Assembly (NCBI RefSeq): GCF_004010195.1
Contig: NC_057753.1
Span: forward strand, 2,191,243 to 2,253,107
From: Chiloscyllium plagiosum
Taxonomy: Eukaryota
DNA length: 61,865 nt
Reading direction: 5' to 3'
A program made the position numbers and the translations under genes. The notes beneath the pieces were generated by a model that had not been told where the DNA came from, ran no database searches, and worked only from the letters and a program-made list of their open reading frames with translations. The first letter of the stretch is position 1. Every line of letters begins with the position of its first letter. Shown here piece after piece: positions 39,275 through 51,729 of this stretch.

Positions 39275-39862
39275 AATGTAAGTTTGCTTAATGAGCTGGA
39301 AGGTTCATTTTCAGAACTAGGTAATATCATCAGTGAGCCTTTGGTGATGCGCTGGTGTTAGTGACCCGCTCTCTCTTTGTGTGTTTAGTTTTCCTTTGGT
39401 TACTGACATCATTTCCTGTGGTGATGTCATTTCCTCCTCTTTTTCTCAGTGTGGTAAATAAGCTCTATCAACAAACACATTGATGTGGACCCCATTTACC
39501 ACCCTCTGAGGAAAAAGAACAGGAAATTGCATCACCAGAGGCAATGGCATCACCAACCCAAGGAAACCTAAACACTCAAATCAAAAGCAGGACATAACAC
39601 CAGCGCTTCACCGGTGGCTCACTGATGATGTTACCTAGTATGGTGACAAAATGCCTGAAAACAAGCCTTCCAGCTCAGTGAGCAAACTTGCATCCAGAAA
39701 CCTAAACACTCAAATCAAAAGCAGGACATAACACCAGCGCTTCACGGGTGGCTCACTGATGATGTTACGTAGTATGGTGACAAAATGCCTGAAAACAAGC
39801 CTTCCAGCTCAGTGAGCAAACTTGCATCCAGAACCTCAACCTGAGGTAGAAATCTTCTCACT
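39275..39862. mobile_element. Penelope-like terminus with one inverted copy plus a 134-bp tandem duplication
   Basis: 39563-39696 is repeated at about 39697-39833, each copy with CTGATGA-TGTTAC..GGTGAC. 39285-39460 is an inverted copy. Confidence 0.75.
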
Positions 39863-40227
39863 ATCTACACATATGATCAGAGACTAAACTGTGATCCCAA
39901 CCCAGCTCACTTGAGAGTCAATCTAGATAAGATCTCGAAACATCTGAAGGGAGAAAACTCAAAATCAGAAGCAAGCTCTTAAGTAAGCTTGCTGGATCCA
40001 TGTGGGATGCTGCTACTATAACATTGTAGATGTCAGGCCTAGTCCCATCATTCTCGGTAGTCAGTACTGTGCAGCTGTTTGGTGAAGGTCAGTAAGATGT
40101 CTACATGCCATCTGGTCAACAGCCCATATGGTCAATCTTCCTGAGCAAGATATAATAGCAGACACCCTTTGACTCAAGGAATGAAAATTAAAGAAAGTCA
40201 CTAACAAATTCCTTGTGACAAATTTGT

Positions 40228-40568
40228 GGGCAGCATGGTGGCAGTGGGCAGCACAGTGGCACAGTTGTCTCACAGCGCCAGAGATGCGGGTTCAATTCCC
40301 TCCTCACGTCTGACTGTGTGAGTTTGCACATTCTCCCCGTGTCTGCGTGGGTTTCCTCCGGGTGCTCCGGTTTCCTCCCACGATCCAAAGATGTGCAGGT
40401 CCGGTGAATTGGCCATGCTAAATTGCCCACCATGTTAGGTGCATTAGTCAGGGGTAAATATTGGGTAGGGGAATGGGTTTGGGTGGGTTTCTCTTCGAGA
40501 GGGGTCGGTGTGGACTTGTTGGGCCAATGAGCCTGTTTCCACACTGTAGAGAATCTAATCTAATCTAA
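40228..40568 (+). mobile_element. HE1-like V-SINE
   Basis: Head, V-domain and (TAATC)n tail. Confidence 0.88.
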
Positions 40569-40779
40569 ATGACAGGCTTGCTTCTGTAAGGATGAAAGTA
40601 GTCCTTGCAAAACACGTTCAGGACAAGTGAGGTACAGCCAATCTGCATCACTGGGACTTCAGTACAAGCTCCTTGTGGACTTGCAGAGAAGCACAAACAA
40701 TGCTGCAGTGTCCCTTTACAAATAGGTGGCAAACTGATCATCTTAAACTGTGTAAATGAGACATGTACTGTTTAGCTTC

Positions 40780-41040
40780 TGGGACGGGATGGTGGCTCAG
40801 TGGTTAGCACTGCTGCCTCACAGCACTCTGGTTCGATGCCAGTCTCTGGCAACTATCTGTGCGGAGTTTGCACGGTCTCCCTGTGTCTGCGTGGGTTTCA
40901 TTTGGGTGTGCTGCAGTTTATTCCAGTCCAGTGATGTGCAGGTTTGGAGGATTGGCCGTGCTATTGGTTGGGATGCTCTTCGGAAGTTCTGTGTGAACTC
41001 GATGGGCCAAATTACCTGCTTCCACACTGTAGGGATTCTA
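40780..41040 (+). mobile_element. V-SINE (diverged, deleted)
   Basis: GGTGGCTCAGTGGTTAGCAC head and V-domain. Confidence 0.75.
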
Positions 41041-41341
41041 TTCTCTGATTTGCATTCTCTAAGTAAACAACATAACTTCAACGAAAAAGAATCAACTATA
41101 CAGTTATGGATTGGAGTGCGATAGATCAGTCTGGGATCAGTAAACCAGTTATACTTTTGTTGACAATTTGGCAACTTCTTTGACCGTTTCCCTGCTAATT
41201 TTAGTCCAGAGGGTTAGCTGGTTCATTGAATTTAATTTCAAAAGTTTTGCAGTAGTGGAATCTTAAATTTCTCCAGGTACCTTGTATAGTGTGGTCATGA
41301 ACATCTTTCATCCTGTTGACCCTGTGCTCACGACGCAGCAT

Positions 41342-41720
41342 TTAGGTAAATGTGAGGTGCTGCATTTTGGAAAGGGAAATCAGGGCTGGACTTGTACACT
41401 TAACGGTAAGGTCCTGGGGAGTGTTGCTGAACAAAGAGACCTTGGAGTGCAGGTTCATTGCTCCTTGAAAGTGGAGTCGCAGGTAGATAGGATAGTGAAG
41501 AAGGCATTTGGTATGCTTTCCTTTATTGGTCAGAGTATTGAGTACAGGAGTTGGGAGGTCATGTTGCGGCTGTGCAGGACATTGGTTAGGCCACTGTTGG
41601 AATATTGCGTGCAATTGTGGTCTGCCTGCTATAGGATGGATGTTGTGAAAGATGAACGGGTTTGGAAAAGATTTACAAGGATGTTGCCAGGGTTGAAGGG
41701 AGTGGCTGAGTAGGCTGGGG
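41342..41720 (+). mobile_element. CR1 ORF2 fragment
   Basis: KCEVLHFGK...LVRPLLEYCVQLWS. Confidence 0.88.
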
Positions 41721-41744
41721 CAACCTTTACACACACAAATGCAA

Positions 41745-44470
41745 AGAGCAGATTATTACCTTTTTGGTTCTACTCTGTCTTTTAGCTACCAGCTGCTCAT
41801 ATTCCCTCAGCAGAACCTCTTTGTCCTTTCCACCTATCTCACCAGTACCTAGTGGACCACGACAACTAGATCTTTCCCCTCCCACGCTGAGTTCCGCTGC
41901 AGCCCACATGAAACATCCAGACCCGGGCAACACACCAGCAATGCTGCCTTCGGGACTCTGGATCCTGGCCCCAGGCAACAGGTCTACTCCCCTGACTGTA
42001 CAATCCCCGATTACAGCAACGACTCTGTTTTCTTCCCCCATCTTGAGTAGCTCGTTGTACCACGGCACTGCGGTCGTTTTGCTCATCCTCTCGACCGCCC
42101 CCGCTCTGGGCCATACACTAACCGAGAATCTCCAATCTGTTGGACAAGCTCAAGGCCTCAGGCTCCTCCAAGCACCCGCTCCTGGATCCTTCCACCAGCC
42201 TCGCTCATAGTCACACTCTCCTGTTCCTGACCACTGACCGAATTAGAGTCAGTGAGCTGTACAGCACAGAAGCAGACCCTTCGGTCCAAGTCATCCATGC
42301 CGACCAGAAGATCCCAACCCAATCTAGTCCCGTTTGCCAGCATTTGGCCCATATCCCTCTGAACCCTTCCTATTCATATACGCATCAGATGCCTTTTAGA
42401 TGCTGTAATTGTACCAGCCTCCACCACTTCCTCTGGCAGCTCATTCCATACACACACCACCCTCTGTGTGAAAAAGTTGCCACTTAGGTCCCTTTTAAAT
42501 TTAAACGTCTCACCCTAAAGCTATGCCCCCTCGTTTTCGACTCCCCCACCCCAGGGAAAAAAGTTTGTCTATTTACCCTATCCATGCCCCTCATGATTTT
42601 ATAAACCTCTATAAGGTCACCCCTCAGCCTCCAACACTCCAAGGAAAACAGCCCCATCCTGTTCAGCCTCTCGCTATAGCTCAAGCCCTTTAATCCTGGC
42701 AACATCCTTGTAGATCTTTTCTGAACCCTTTCAAGTTTCACAACATCCATCCTGTAGCCGAGTGAACGGATTTGCATGCAATATTCCAAAAGTATCCTAA
42801 CCAATGTCCTGTACAGCCGCAACATGAACTCCCAACTCCTGTACTCAATACTCTGACCAATAAAGGAAAGCATACTAAACTCCTCCTTCACTATCCTACC
42901 TACCGACGACTCCACTTTCAAGGAGCTATGAACCTGCACTCCAAGGTCTCTTTCTTTAGTAACACTCCCGATGACCTTTAGCATATTCCTGCCCTGATTT
43001 GCCTTTCCAAAATGCAGCACCTCACATTTATCTGAATTAAACTCCATTTGCCACTATTTGGCCCGTTGACCCATCTGATATTGATCTCGTTTTTCTCTAT
43101 GTATCCTTCACTGTCCACTACACCTCCAATTTTGGTGCCATCTGCAAACTTACTAACTATATGTCCTATGTTCAGATCCAAATCATTTATATAAATGATG
43201 AAAAGAAGTGGACCCAGCACCGATCCTTGTGGCACACTACTGTTCAAGGACCTTCAGTCTGAAAAGCAACCCTCCACCACCACCTTCTGTCGTCTACCTT
43301 CGAGCCAGTTCTGTATCCAAGTGGCTAGTTGTCCTCTAACCTTGCTAACCAATCTACAATGAGGAACCTTGTCGAACCCCTTCTGAAGACCATAGATCAT
43401 GTCCACCACTCTGCCCTTATCAATCTTCTTTGTTACTTCTTCAAAAAGCTCCATCAAGTTTGTGAGACATGATTTCCCACACAAAAAGCCATGCTGACTA
43501 TCCCTAATCAGTCCTTGCCTTTCCAAATACAGGATTTCCTCTAGCAACTTGTCCACCACCGAGATCAGGCTCACCAGTCTATAGTTCCCTAGCTTGTCCT
43601 TACCACTTTTCTTAAATAGTGGCACCACGTTAGCCAACCTCCAGTCTTCCGGCATCTCACTGCATCGATGATACAAATATTTCAGCAAGAGGCCCAGCAA
43701 TCACTTCCCTAGCTTCCCACTGAGTTCTTGGGTACACCTGATCACGTCCTGGGAATTTATCCACCTTTGTGTTTTCAGACATCCAGCACCACCACCTCTG
43801 TAATTTGGATATTTTTCAAGGTGCCACTGTCTATTTCCCCACGTTCTACATCTTCCATATCCTTCTCCACAGTAAATACCGATGCAAAATAGTTAGGGCA
43901 GTTAATCAAAGGGCTATGATTGCTTCCTGAAATACAGCATCCAAGTAACTCTCCCCTTCCCTGATGTGTCGTGGTGCTAGAAGCTCAGATTTCAACTCAT
44001 CAACTCTGAGCTGGGGTTCCTCAAACAACGACCACTTGCTCCTGGTGTGGTCACTAGACATCTCTCATGGGCCCCACAGTGGCTCAGTGGTTAGCACTGC
44101 TGTCTCTCAGTGCCAGGGATCAGGGTTCGACTCCACCCTCGGGCCACTGTCTGTGTGGAGTTTGCACATTCTCCCCGTGTCTGCGTGGGTTTCTGCCGGG
44201 GACACTCCGGTTTCCTCCCGCGGTCCAAAAGATGTGCATGTCAGGTGAATTGGCCGTGCTAAGTTACCCATCGTGTTAGGTGCAGTAGTCAGGAGTAAAT
44301 GTAGGGAAATGACTTTGGGTGGGTTACTCTTCGGAGAGTCGGTGTGGACTTGTTGGGCCGAAGTGCCTGTTTCCACACTGTAGGAAAGCTAATCTAATCT
44401 CAATGGGGTTCACCAGCTCCCACGTCAGACAGGTACAACACGTCGCCTGGCTCTGCATCGTTTCTTGATT
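41745..44470 (-). mobile_element. CR1 ORF1 region (esterase/SGNH-like) with a nested CR1 RT-3' end (42245-43890) and a V-SINE (44068-44400)
   Basis: VVAVIGDCTVRGVD..VLPG..GTGEIG at 41745-42240. Coiled-coil QLRVDELKSEL at about 43980-44010. The nested copy has SSVPQGSVLGP and KFADGTK. Confidence 0.75.
44068..44400 (+). mobile_element. HE1-like V-SINE
   Basis: Head, V-domain and tail. Confidence 0.88.
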
Positions 44471-44743
44471 ACTTAGTTTGTTTCTTAAACGTTTTGTACT
44501 TAATCTGTAAATCTTTCCCCTGTTTACCATCAATCTGCAATGACATGTAATGCCGAGTCAAATAAGTAGCTGTCCCCAACCAATGAACGTGAGGGACAGC
44601 TGTGATGTCACACTTTTGTGCCGGCCCCCTGATCCTGGGCTTCAGTTTATCCCGTTAAGAAACCTTACAAGCTGAGAGCTAAAAAAACAAATCTCTTCCC
44701 CTCTTTACTGATTTCCCACCTTGCCACTCAAGTCCCCAAGCTA

Positions 44744-44915
44744 CAGGGGAACCTCAATTATCCGGCATTCGCTTATCCGAATGTCAGATTATCCAGCAAG
44801 ATCTCGAGGTCCCAATGCACGGCTAAACTGTGTAATCTGGCATTCGGTTATCCGGAATTCGATTAACCGAACAAAATGCCCCCGCTGTGTCGCTCAGATA
44901 ATCGAGGTTCCTCTG
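44744..44915. mobile_element. 172-bp Tigger-like MITE, same family as 35999-36702
   Basis: TA|CAGGGGAACCTCAATTATC ... GATAATCGAGGTTCCTCTG|TG terminal inverted repeats. Confidence 0.8.
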
Positions 44916-44947
44916 TGTGTACTCACTTGGTTGTGTCCGACTCTGTC

Positions 44948-45197
44948 GAGAGTGTGATGCTGGTGAAGCTCAACAGGTCAGGCAGAATCGCCGTTTGGGA
45001 CAAAAGCCATTCTTGATGAAGGGTTTTTACCCAAAAGATTGATTCTCCTGCTCCTCAGGAAAATCAGGAGTTTCATCAGGAACGACTTTTGTCCGAAACA
45101 GCAATTCTCCTCCTCCGATGCTGCCTGACCTGCTGTGCTTTTCCAGCACCACGCTCTTCACTCTGATCTCCAGCATCTGCAATGCTCGCTTTCTCCA
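44948..45197. mobile_element. Rearranged PLE terminal hairpin fragments
   Basis: GATGAAGGGTTTTTACCC and CTGCCTGACCTGCTGTGCTTTTCCAGCACCAC. Confidence 0.65.
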
Positions 45198-45247
45198 TGT
45201 GTCCTACTCTGGCTCAGTGGGAGAGTGTTCAGAATGGTCAACATTTG

Positions 45248-45553
45248 GATTAGATTCCCTTCAGTGTGGAAACGGGCCCTTCGGCCCAACAAGTCCACAC
45301 CGACCCTCTGAAGAGTAATCCACCCAGACTCATTTCTCTATGTTTACTTCTGACTAATGTACCTCACACAATGGGCAATTTAGCAAGGCCAAGCCACCTA
45401 ACCTGCACATCTTTGGACTGTGGGAGGAAACCGGAGCACCCAGAGGAAACCCACGCAGACACTGGGAGAATGTGCAAACTCCACACAGACAGTCACCCCG
45501 AGGCTGGAATCGAACCCGGGTCCCTGGCGCTGTGAGGCAGCAGTGCTAACCAG
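45248..45553 (-). mobile_element. HE1-like V-SINE
   Basis: Similar to the other copies. Confidence 0.88.
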
Positions 45554-46014
45554 TGGGTCACCGTACAGCCTGCTCTCTGCTTTTCCACTCAGTGCCTCTC
45601 TTTACCAGGCTGAAATATCTTTGTGTCGCAAACTCAATGCGGCCTTTCCACTGTCTGAGATCTATGCACATTAACAACAAGCGTGAGGTCTCTGCTGGAT
45701 CCCTGACATCCAGCAATGACAGCAGTTACCAAGATCAGCTACCCTGTTCCTTCTGTGTTGTGTGGATAGAAGGTTTAGGAGAGCCTGTCTGAGTAGCTGC
45801 ATAAAATCCTTCTTCTCCACCTTCTGTTATCCTCTCTCCCTCTCCCAACCCCCCCTCAGTCTTGCTAAACTGACTTCCTGTGTTTTTTTTTGGGAGGGGT
45901 TCTTTTTCATTCTGTTTTCTTTTCCCTGTTTTCTATTGGCAAAGGAGCATTTGCCGTCCGGAGACCCGAGCCAAACGTCCCGTCGGGATCTGATTTGCCG
46001 AATGTCTTGGGATC

Positions 46015-46887
46015 ATGAACACAGAGGTAACCAGCACTGCTCAAGGCGCAGAGAAACCGTACACGTGTTCCGTATGTGGACGAGCCTTCAGCCGGTCGTC
46101 TGGCCTCTCGAAACATAAATGCAGTCGCGATGGGGAGAAACGATGGAAATGTGGGGACTGCGAAGAGGGGTTCAGGTATCCCTCCCAGCTGGAAACGCAT
46201 CGACGGACTCACACAGGGGAGAGGCCGTTCATGTGTTCCATCTGCGATAAGGGATTTGCTCGGTCCTCTGACCTGCTGAAGCACCAGCGGGTTCACACCG
46301 ACGAAAGACCTTTCAATTGCCTGGACTGCAGCAAGTGCTTTAAATGCTCCGGTGACCTGATACGCCACCAACGCGTTCACTCCGAAGAGAGACCGTTCCG
46401 GTGTTCTCGCTGCGGCTCTGGCTTCAGGCGGTCCTCTCACCTCACCGTGCACCAGCGTGTGCACACCGGGGAAACGTTTGCGTGCTCTGAGTGCGGGAGA
46501 GCGTTCACTCGGCCGTCCAACCTGCTGAAGCACCAGCAGTTTCACACGAGGGAGAAGCGGTTCACCTGCCCGGAGTGCGGGAAGGGTTTCCCCGAGTTAT
46601 CGATCCTGCTCCGACACCAGCACGCTCACGTGGGAGAGAAGCTGTTCACCTGCTCGGTGTGTGGGAAGGGATTTAGACGGTCGTCCAATCTGTTGACGCA
46701 CCAGCGGGTTCACACTGGTGAGAAGCCATTCACCTGCCCGGAGTGTGGCAAAGGGTTTACTGAGTTAGCCACCCTTCAGTCGCACCACCGCGTTCACACT
46801 GGGGAGAGGCCATTCATCTGCTTTGAATGTGGCAAGGGATACACTCGGTCATCGCACCTGCTGAGACACCAGCAAGTTCACAAATAA
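46015..46887 (+). CDS. Tandem C2H2 zinc-finger protein (290 aa; 1 degenerate + 9 canonical fingers; no KRAB/SCAN/BTB visible)
   Basis: Uninterrupted ORF with CxxC-x12-HxxxH repeats and TGERPF/TGEKPF linkers. It is preceded by a polypyrimidine tract and an AG acceptor at 45943-45944. Confidence 0.93.
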   Translation: MNTEVTSTAQGAEKPYTCSVCGRAFSRSSGLSKHKCSRDGEKRWKCGDCEEGFRYPSQLETHRRTHTGERPFMCSICDKGFARSSDLLKHQRVHTDERPFNCLDCSKCFKCSGDLIRHQRVHSEERPFRCSRCGSGFRRSSHLTVHQRVHTGETFACSECGRAFTRPSNLLKHQQFHTREKRFTCPECGKGFPELSILLRHQHAHVGEKLFTCSVCGKGFRRSSNLLTHQRVHTGEKPFTCPECGKGFTELATLQSHHRVHTGERPFICFECGKGYTRSSHLLRHQQVHK

Positions 46888-47097
46888 TGGCAGAGATTGG
46901 ATTTTGCTGTTAATTGCGTCCAAAACGGAATTGAATCGATGAAACAGCCACATCGTAGAAATGATCAAAACAAAATTGCACGCCCCTTTTCCCGTGAGGG
47001 AGAGGGGCTTGGGTCTCGCACTAGAGATTCAAACTTGTTCTAACAAGGGGGTGGCCAACAGAAATGGAAATCAAGTTAAGATAGGTTAAGGTCAGAG

Positions 47098-47319
47098 TGG
47101 ATTAGTGGTGCTGGAAGAGCACAGCAGTTCAGGCAGCATCTGAGGAGCAGTAAAATCGACGTTTCGGGCAAAAGCCCTTGGTCAGGAATACATTCCTGGT
47201 CAAGGGCTTTTGCCCGCAACGTCGATTTTACTGCTCTGATGCTGCCTGAACTGCTGTGCTCTTCCAGCACCACTAATCCAGAATCTGGTTTCCAGCATCT
47301 GCAGTCATTTGTTTTTACC
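47098..47319. mobile_element. Near-perfect PLE terminal hairpin with a 14-bp flanking duplication
   Basis: Arms 47098-47189 and 47192-47280; TAAGGTCAGAGTGG at 47087 and 47320. Confidence 0.85.
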
Positions 47320-48072
47320 TAAGGTCAGAGTGGTGCTGGAAAAGCACAGCAGGTCATCCGAGGAGCAGCAAAATTGACTTTTCGGGCAAAAGCCCTTCAT
47401 TAGGAATGAGGCTGGGAGCCTCCGGGGTGGAGAGATAAATGGGAGGGGGGGAATGGGGCTGGAGGGAAGGTAGCTGAGTGTGCAATAGGTGGATGGAGTT
47501 GTGGGGTTAAAGATGATAGGTTGGAGAGGAGGGTGGAGCGGATCGATGGGAAGGAAGATTGACAGGTAGGACAGGTCATGAGGGCGGTGCTGAGTTGGAA
47601 GGTTGGAACTGTGGTAAGGTGGGCGGTAGGGGAAATGAGGAAACTGGTGCCACATTGATGCTCTGGGGTTGGAGGGTCCCGAGGCGGAAGATGAGATGTT
47701 ATTCCTCAAGGTGTTGGGTGGTGAGGGAGCGGTGGTGGAGGAGGTCCAGGACCTGCATGTCCTCGGCAGAGTGGGAGGGGGAGTTGAAATGTTTGGCCAC
47801 GGGGCGGAGGGATTGTTTGGTGCGGGTGTCCCGGAGATGTTGTCTGAAGGGGGCGTGGACCTGACCAAGTACCTAACAGCCCACCATACCTTCCCGGAAA
47901 CTTCCCCTGCCACTGCAGGAATTGCAAAACCTGTGCCCATACCCCCCCCCCCCACCGCTGTCCAAGGCCCCAAAAGTGCCTTCCACATCCATCAAGGTTT
48001 CACCTGCACTTCCAAACGTCATTTACTGTATCCATTGCTCCCAATGGGGTCTCCTCTACATTGGGGAGACTG
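47320..48072. mobile_element. Penelope-like fragments in both orientations (GIY-YIG region)
   Basis: Minus-strand 3' end to about 47850. Plus-strand FHIHQGFTCTS..IYCIHCSQWGLLYIGET. Confidence 0.8.
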
Positions 48073-48077
48073 GACTT

Positions 48078-48635
48078 GCTTAGGCCACTTTTGTAATATT
48101 CTGTGCAATTCTGGTCTCCTTCCTATTGGAAAGGTGTTGTCAAACTTGAAAGGGTTCAGAAAAGATTAACAAGGATGTTGCCAGGGTTGGAGGATCTGAG
48201 CTATAGGGAGAGGCTGAACAGGCTGGGGCTGTTTGCCCTGGAGCGTCGGAGGCTGAGGGGCGACCTGATAGAGGTTGACAAAATTGAGGGGCATGGATAG
48301 GATAAATAGACAAAATCTTTTCCCTGGGGTCATGGAGTCCAGAACTAGAGGGCATAAGTTTAGGGTGAGAGGGGAAAGATATAAAGGAGACCTAAGGGGC
48401 ACCTTTTTCACGCAGAGGATGGCACGAGTATGGAATGAGCCGCCAGAGGAAGTGGTGGAGGCTGGTACAATTGCAATGTTTAAGAGGCATTTGGATGGGT
48501 ATATGAATAGGAAGGGTTTGGAGAGATATGGGCTGGGTGCTGGCAGGTGGGACTAAATTGGGTTGGGATATTTGTTGGCATGGACGGGTTGGACCGAAGG
48601 GTCTGTTTCCATGCTGTACATCTCTATGACTCTAC
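48078..48635 (+). mobile_element. CR1 3' end
   Basis: QFWSPSY..KLERVQKRLTRMLPG; tail ending CTCTATGACTCTA. Confidence 0.9.
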
Positions 48636-48754
48636 GGATGCCTACTCGCAGAGCGCTTCAGAGTGAGGAAAACGATGGTTGATCCACTGCTAAGTCAACC
48701 CGAAGAATTAAATAATGGATAACGAGGAAATGTTGAATCTGTCTTTGTTGGGTG

Positions 48755-48970
48755 TTGGCTAGCTGAGTTGGCTGGATGGCTGGTCTGCAATTCGGAGCGA
48801 TGCCAACAAATGGGTTCAATTCCTGCCCCAGCTGTGGTTCCTATGAAGGATTTTCTGTCTCAATTTCTCCCCTCACGTGTGAAATGGTGAACCTCAGGTT
48901 AAACCACTGCCAGTCGTCTCGCGCTAATGAGAGAGCAGCCTTGTGGTCCAGTAAAACTACAGTGACTTGA
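48755..48970 (+). mobile_element. Second tRNA-derived SINE family (not V-SINE)
   Basis: TGGCTAGCTGAGTTGG A-box-like and GGGTTCAATTCC B-box, followed by a distinct body. Confidence 0.5.
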
Positions 48971-48987
48971 GCTTAACATTCAAATGC

Positions 48988-49266
48988 GATGGCTCAGTGG
49001 TTAGCACTGCTGTCTCACAGCACCAGGTTCGAATCCAGCCTCTGGCGACTGGCTGTTTGGAGTTTGCGCATTCTCCCCGCATCTGCATGGGTTTCCTCCC
49101 ACAATCCAAAGTGCAGGTCAGGTGAATTGACCGTGCTAAATTGACGATAGTGTCAGGTGCATTAGTCAGAGGGAAATGGGTCTGCGTGGGTTACTCTTTG
49201 GAGGGTCGGTGTGGACTGGTTGGGCTGAAGGGCCCGTTTCCACACTGTAGGGAATCTAATCTAATC
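48988..49266 (+). mobile_element. HE1-like V-SINE
   Basis: Head, V-domain and tail. Confidence 0.82.
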
Positions 49267-49399
49267 AAACCAATGAGATGGTGCAGTTTGAATCAACATT
49301 AATATGGAAACCAAATTAGTTTGAGAGCAAGAAGCCGAGAATAGGGATAACTGGATGGCTTTTGGGTGAGTGGGCTTAAATAGTGTAGGATTTATCCTT

Positions 49400-50170
49400 C
49401 ATTCCTGCTCTTTCTCATCTCCATGCTACATGAGGTGACATTGTCCAAAGGCACTGTTATTTTTCCCATGTACACTGGCAATGCCTAGTTCTACCTCCCC
49501 ACCATCCTTCTCTCCATTCCTCTAACTGTTAGTAAATTATCTAACCTCCTAATGCCGAATCCAGTGCAGGTCTTGAGCAGACATTTACTCCATTGACAAA
49601 TTGGGATGATCAAACCAGTTGTTTATTTGCCACAGCATATTCAGTTCCATGTCTACCCCTCCCTCTGGGATCTGACTGAGGCTGAACCACACAGCTCACA
49701 ATCTCTGTGGCATGTATGACTCGAGATGTATTTCTGACCATATGTTCACAGTCACTGACCGCAGCTATTTTAATCTTGGCAATGTCCCCTATTTCCTGCA
49801 CCATCCCATCTGCTGCTTAGAGCCTCATACGTGCCTGTGTTAACTTTAGACTAGACAATTCCAATGCATTCCTAACTAGCTTCAGGTTCACACAGCCAGA
49901 AACATACAATCATCCAAAACTCTAGTTGTCCATGTGCTAATCCTGTCCACCCATTTGGCCACAGTGAGGCCAAAGAAGTCTGAAATTGTAAAATGTGCAC
50001 CCTTGTTTTCAAATTCCACTGAGGCCTTGCTTATCTCTGTGATCTCCACTTGTATAACCCTCTGAGATATCAGCCCTTTTGAGTCTCCTTATTTCACGCT
50101 GTCATTGGTGGCTGTGCCTGAATGTAAAACTCTGATATTCGATTCCTGAGCCCCTTCACCTCTGTCCCGG
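49400..50170 (+). mobile_element. Old L2-clade LINE 3' fragment
   Basis: Degenerate YADDTQLYL-like and LIRACVNFRLDNSNAFL (LIHAFVTSRLDYCN-like) segments. Confidence 0.65.
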
Positions 50171-50849
50171 ACAAAGCAGTCTTTACGGTGAAGTGTCTCT
50201 CCTAGCAATGCCCGCTCAGACTCCAGTCACGTGCTGCTTCATGAAATGTCTCTGCAAGGCCTTGCAGCCTTTGATCGCATTTGGCGTGTTGCATAAAGAA
50301 AAACTGTTACTGTTTGACAACATCGGTTTGTTGGCAGCAACATACCACAAACGGGCGATCAGATGGGTGGCTGGTGCATCAGTTCCTTTGGTGGCGTTGG
50401 TTAAAGCATGATTGTTGGTCAAAGCATGATTGTTGGTCAGTCTGCACCAGAAGAACTCCCCTGTGGACAGTGTTTGTCGCTGTTGTGGTCTTCTGAACTG
50501 TCGGATCTGCAGTTACCTTTGAAGAAGTGGAGTCTGGGATTATTTCCTCTTTTGTCGGCCAAGGAGGAACAGGGTACTCGTTTGAACGGTTGTTGAATAC
50601 TGGAGCAGGCTGGAAGGGCTAAATGGCAAACTCCTGACCCCTCTTGTTTTTTTTTTAAACACTTGTGTTTCACTGATTCCTATTTGAAGTGGTTTCTGCA
50701 CTAAATGGTTTTCAATGAATATCGATCTCAATGTAGTAACTGGAGAAAAAGTTGCAAAATTAAATGAATTCTGAAAGAGAGAGTTTTTTGGTGCTCATTT
50801 TGTACCTATCTCACCTTCATAATATCACAAAATGATTCTTTTCAAAAAA

Positions 50850-51727
50850 TTGTTCACTCGTGGGGGTCACTGGCTCACCAGTGTTTTATTCCTCATTCCT
50901 AATTGCTTGTGAGAAAATGGTGATGAGCTGCCTCTTGAACCCCTGCACTCCACATGCTGTCAGGTTTTTAAAAGATTAGATTAGATTCCCTACACTATGG
51001 AAACAAGCCATTTGGTCGAACCCAAGCAGACCCATTTCCCCCCTACCCTATATTTCCCTCAGCCGAATGCATCTAACACTTACGGACAATTTAGCATGCC
51101 CAGTTCACCTAACCTGCATGTCTTTGGATTGTGGGAGGAAACCGGAACACCCAAAGGAAACCCACAGAGACATGGGAAGAATGTGCGAACTCCACACAGA
51201 CAGTCTCCCTGAGGCTGGAATTGAACCCTGGTCCTATGAGGCAGCAGCGCTAACCACTGAGCCACCGTGCTGTCACGGTGACCCACTACATCCTGAGAAA
51301 GGGAATTTCAGGATTTTAACTCATGAATAGCAAGTCAGGATGGTAATAGCCTTGGTGAGGAACTTGAAGGTGCGGGTGGACCTATGCATCTACTTCTCAG
51401 TAGAGGTTATGAGGTGTGAAATCTTTGGTGAATTTTTGCAGTGCATCCTGCTGCTACTGCACATTGGTGATGAAGAGAATGGGTGCTTGTGGGATTGGTG
51501 CCAGTCAAGTGTGATGCTTTGGCCTGAATGGTGTCAAGCTTCTTGGCTGTTGTTCGAGCTACACCCATCTAGGCAAATGGGGAATATTCATCACACTCCT
51601 GACTTGTGCCTTGCAGGTTGTGGATAGGCTCTGGGGAGATGGGCTATTCATCACATAATTCCTAATCTCTGACCTGCTCTTGTAGCTACTGTGCTTATTT
51701 GGCAAGTCCAGTGAGTTTCTGGTCAAA
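50850..51727 (-). mobile_element. L2/CR1-group LINE 3' end interrupted by a V-SINE (50974-51272, -)
   Basis: Minus-strand KAQVRSVMxYSPFA..KKLDTIQ-like segment. Confidence 0.65.
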
Positions 51728-51729
51728 AC

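Noticed and set aside
45762..46014. KRAB, SCAN or BTB domain upstream of the fingers
   Set aside because: No such motif is visible in any frame upstream of either ZNF exon or in the candidate 5' exons.
45907..46545. 212-aa antisense ORF over the ZNF (also 55187-55555)
   Set aside because: Typical shadow ORF on the reverse strand of C2H2 arrays, with no independent support.
50404..50439. 18-bp tandem duplication AAAGCATGATTGTTGGTC
   Set aside because: An isolated two-copy slippage with no further structure.
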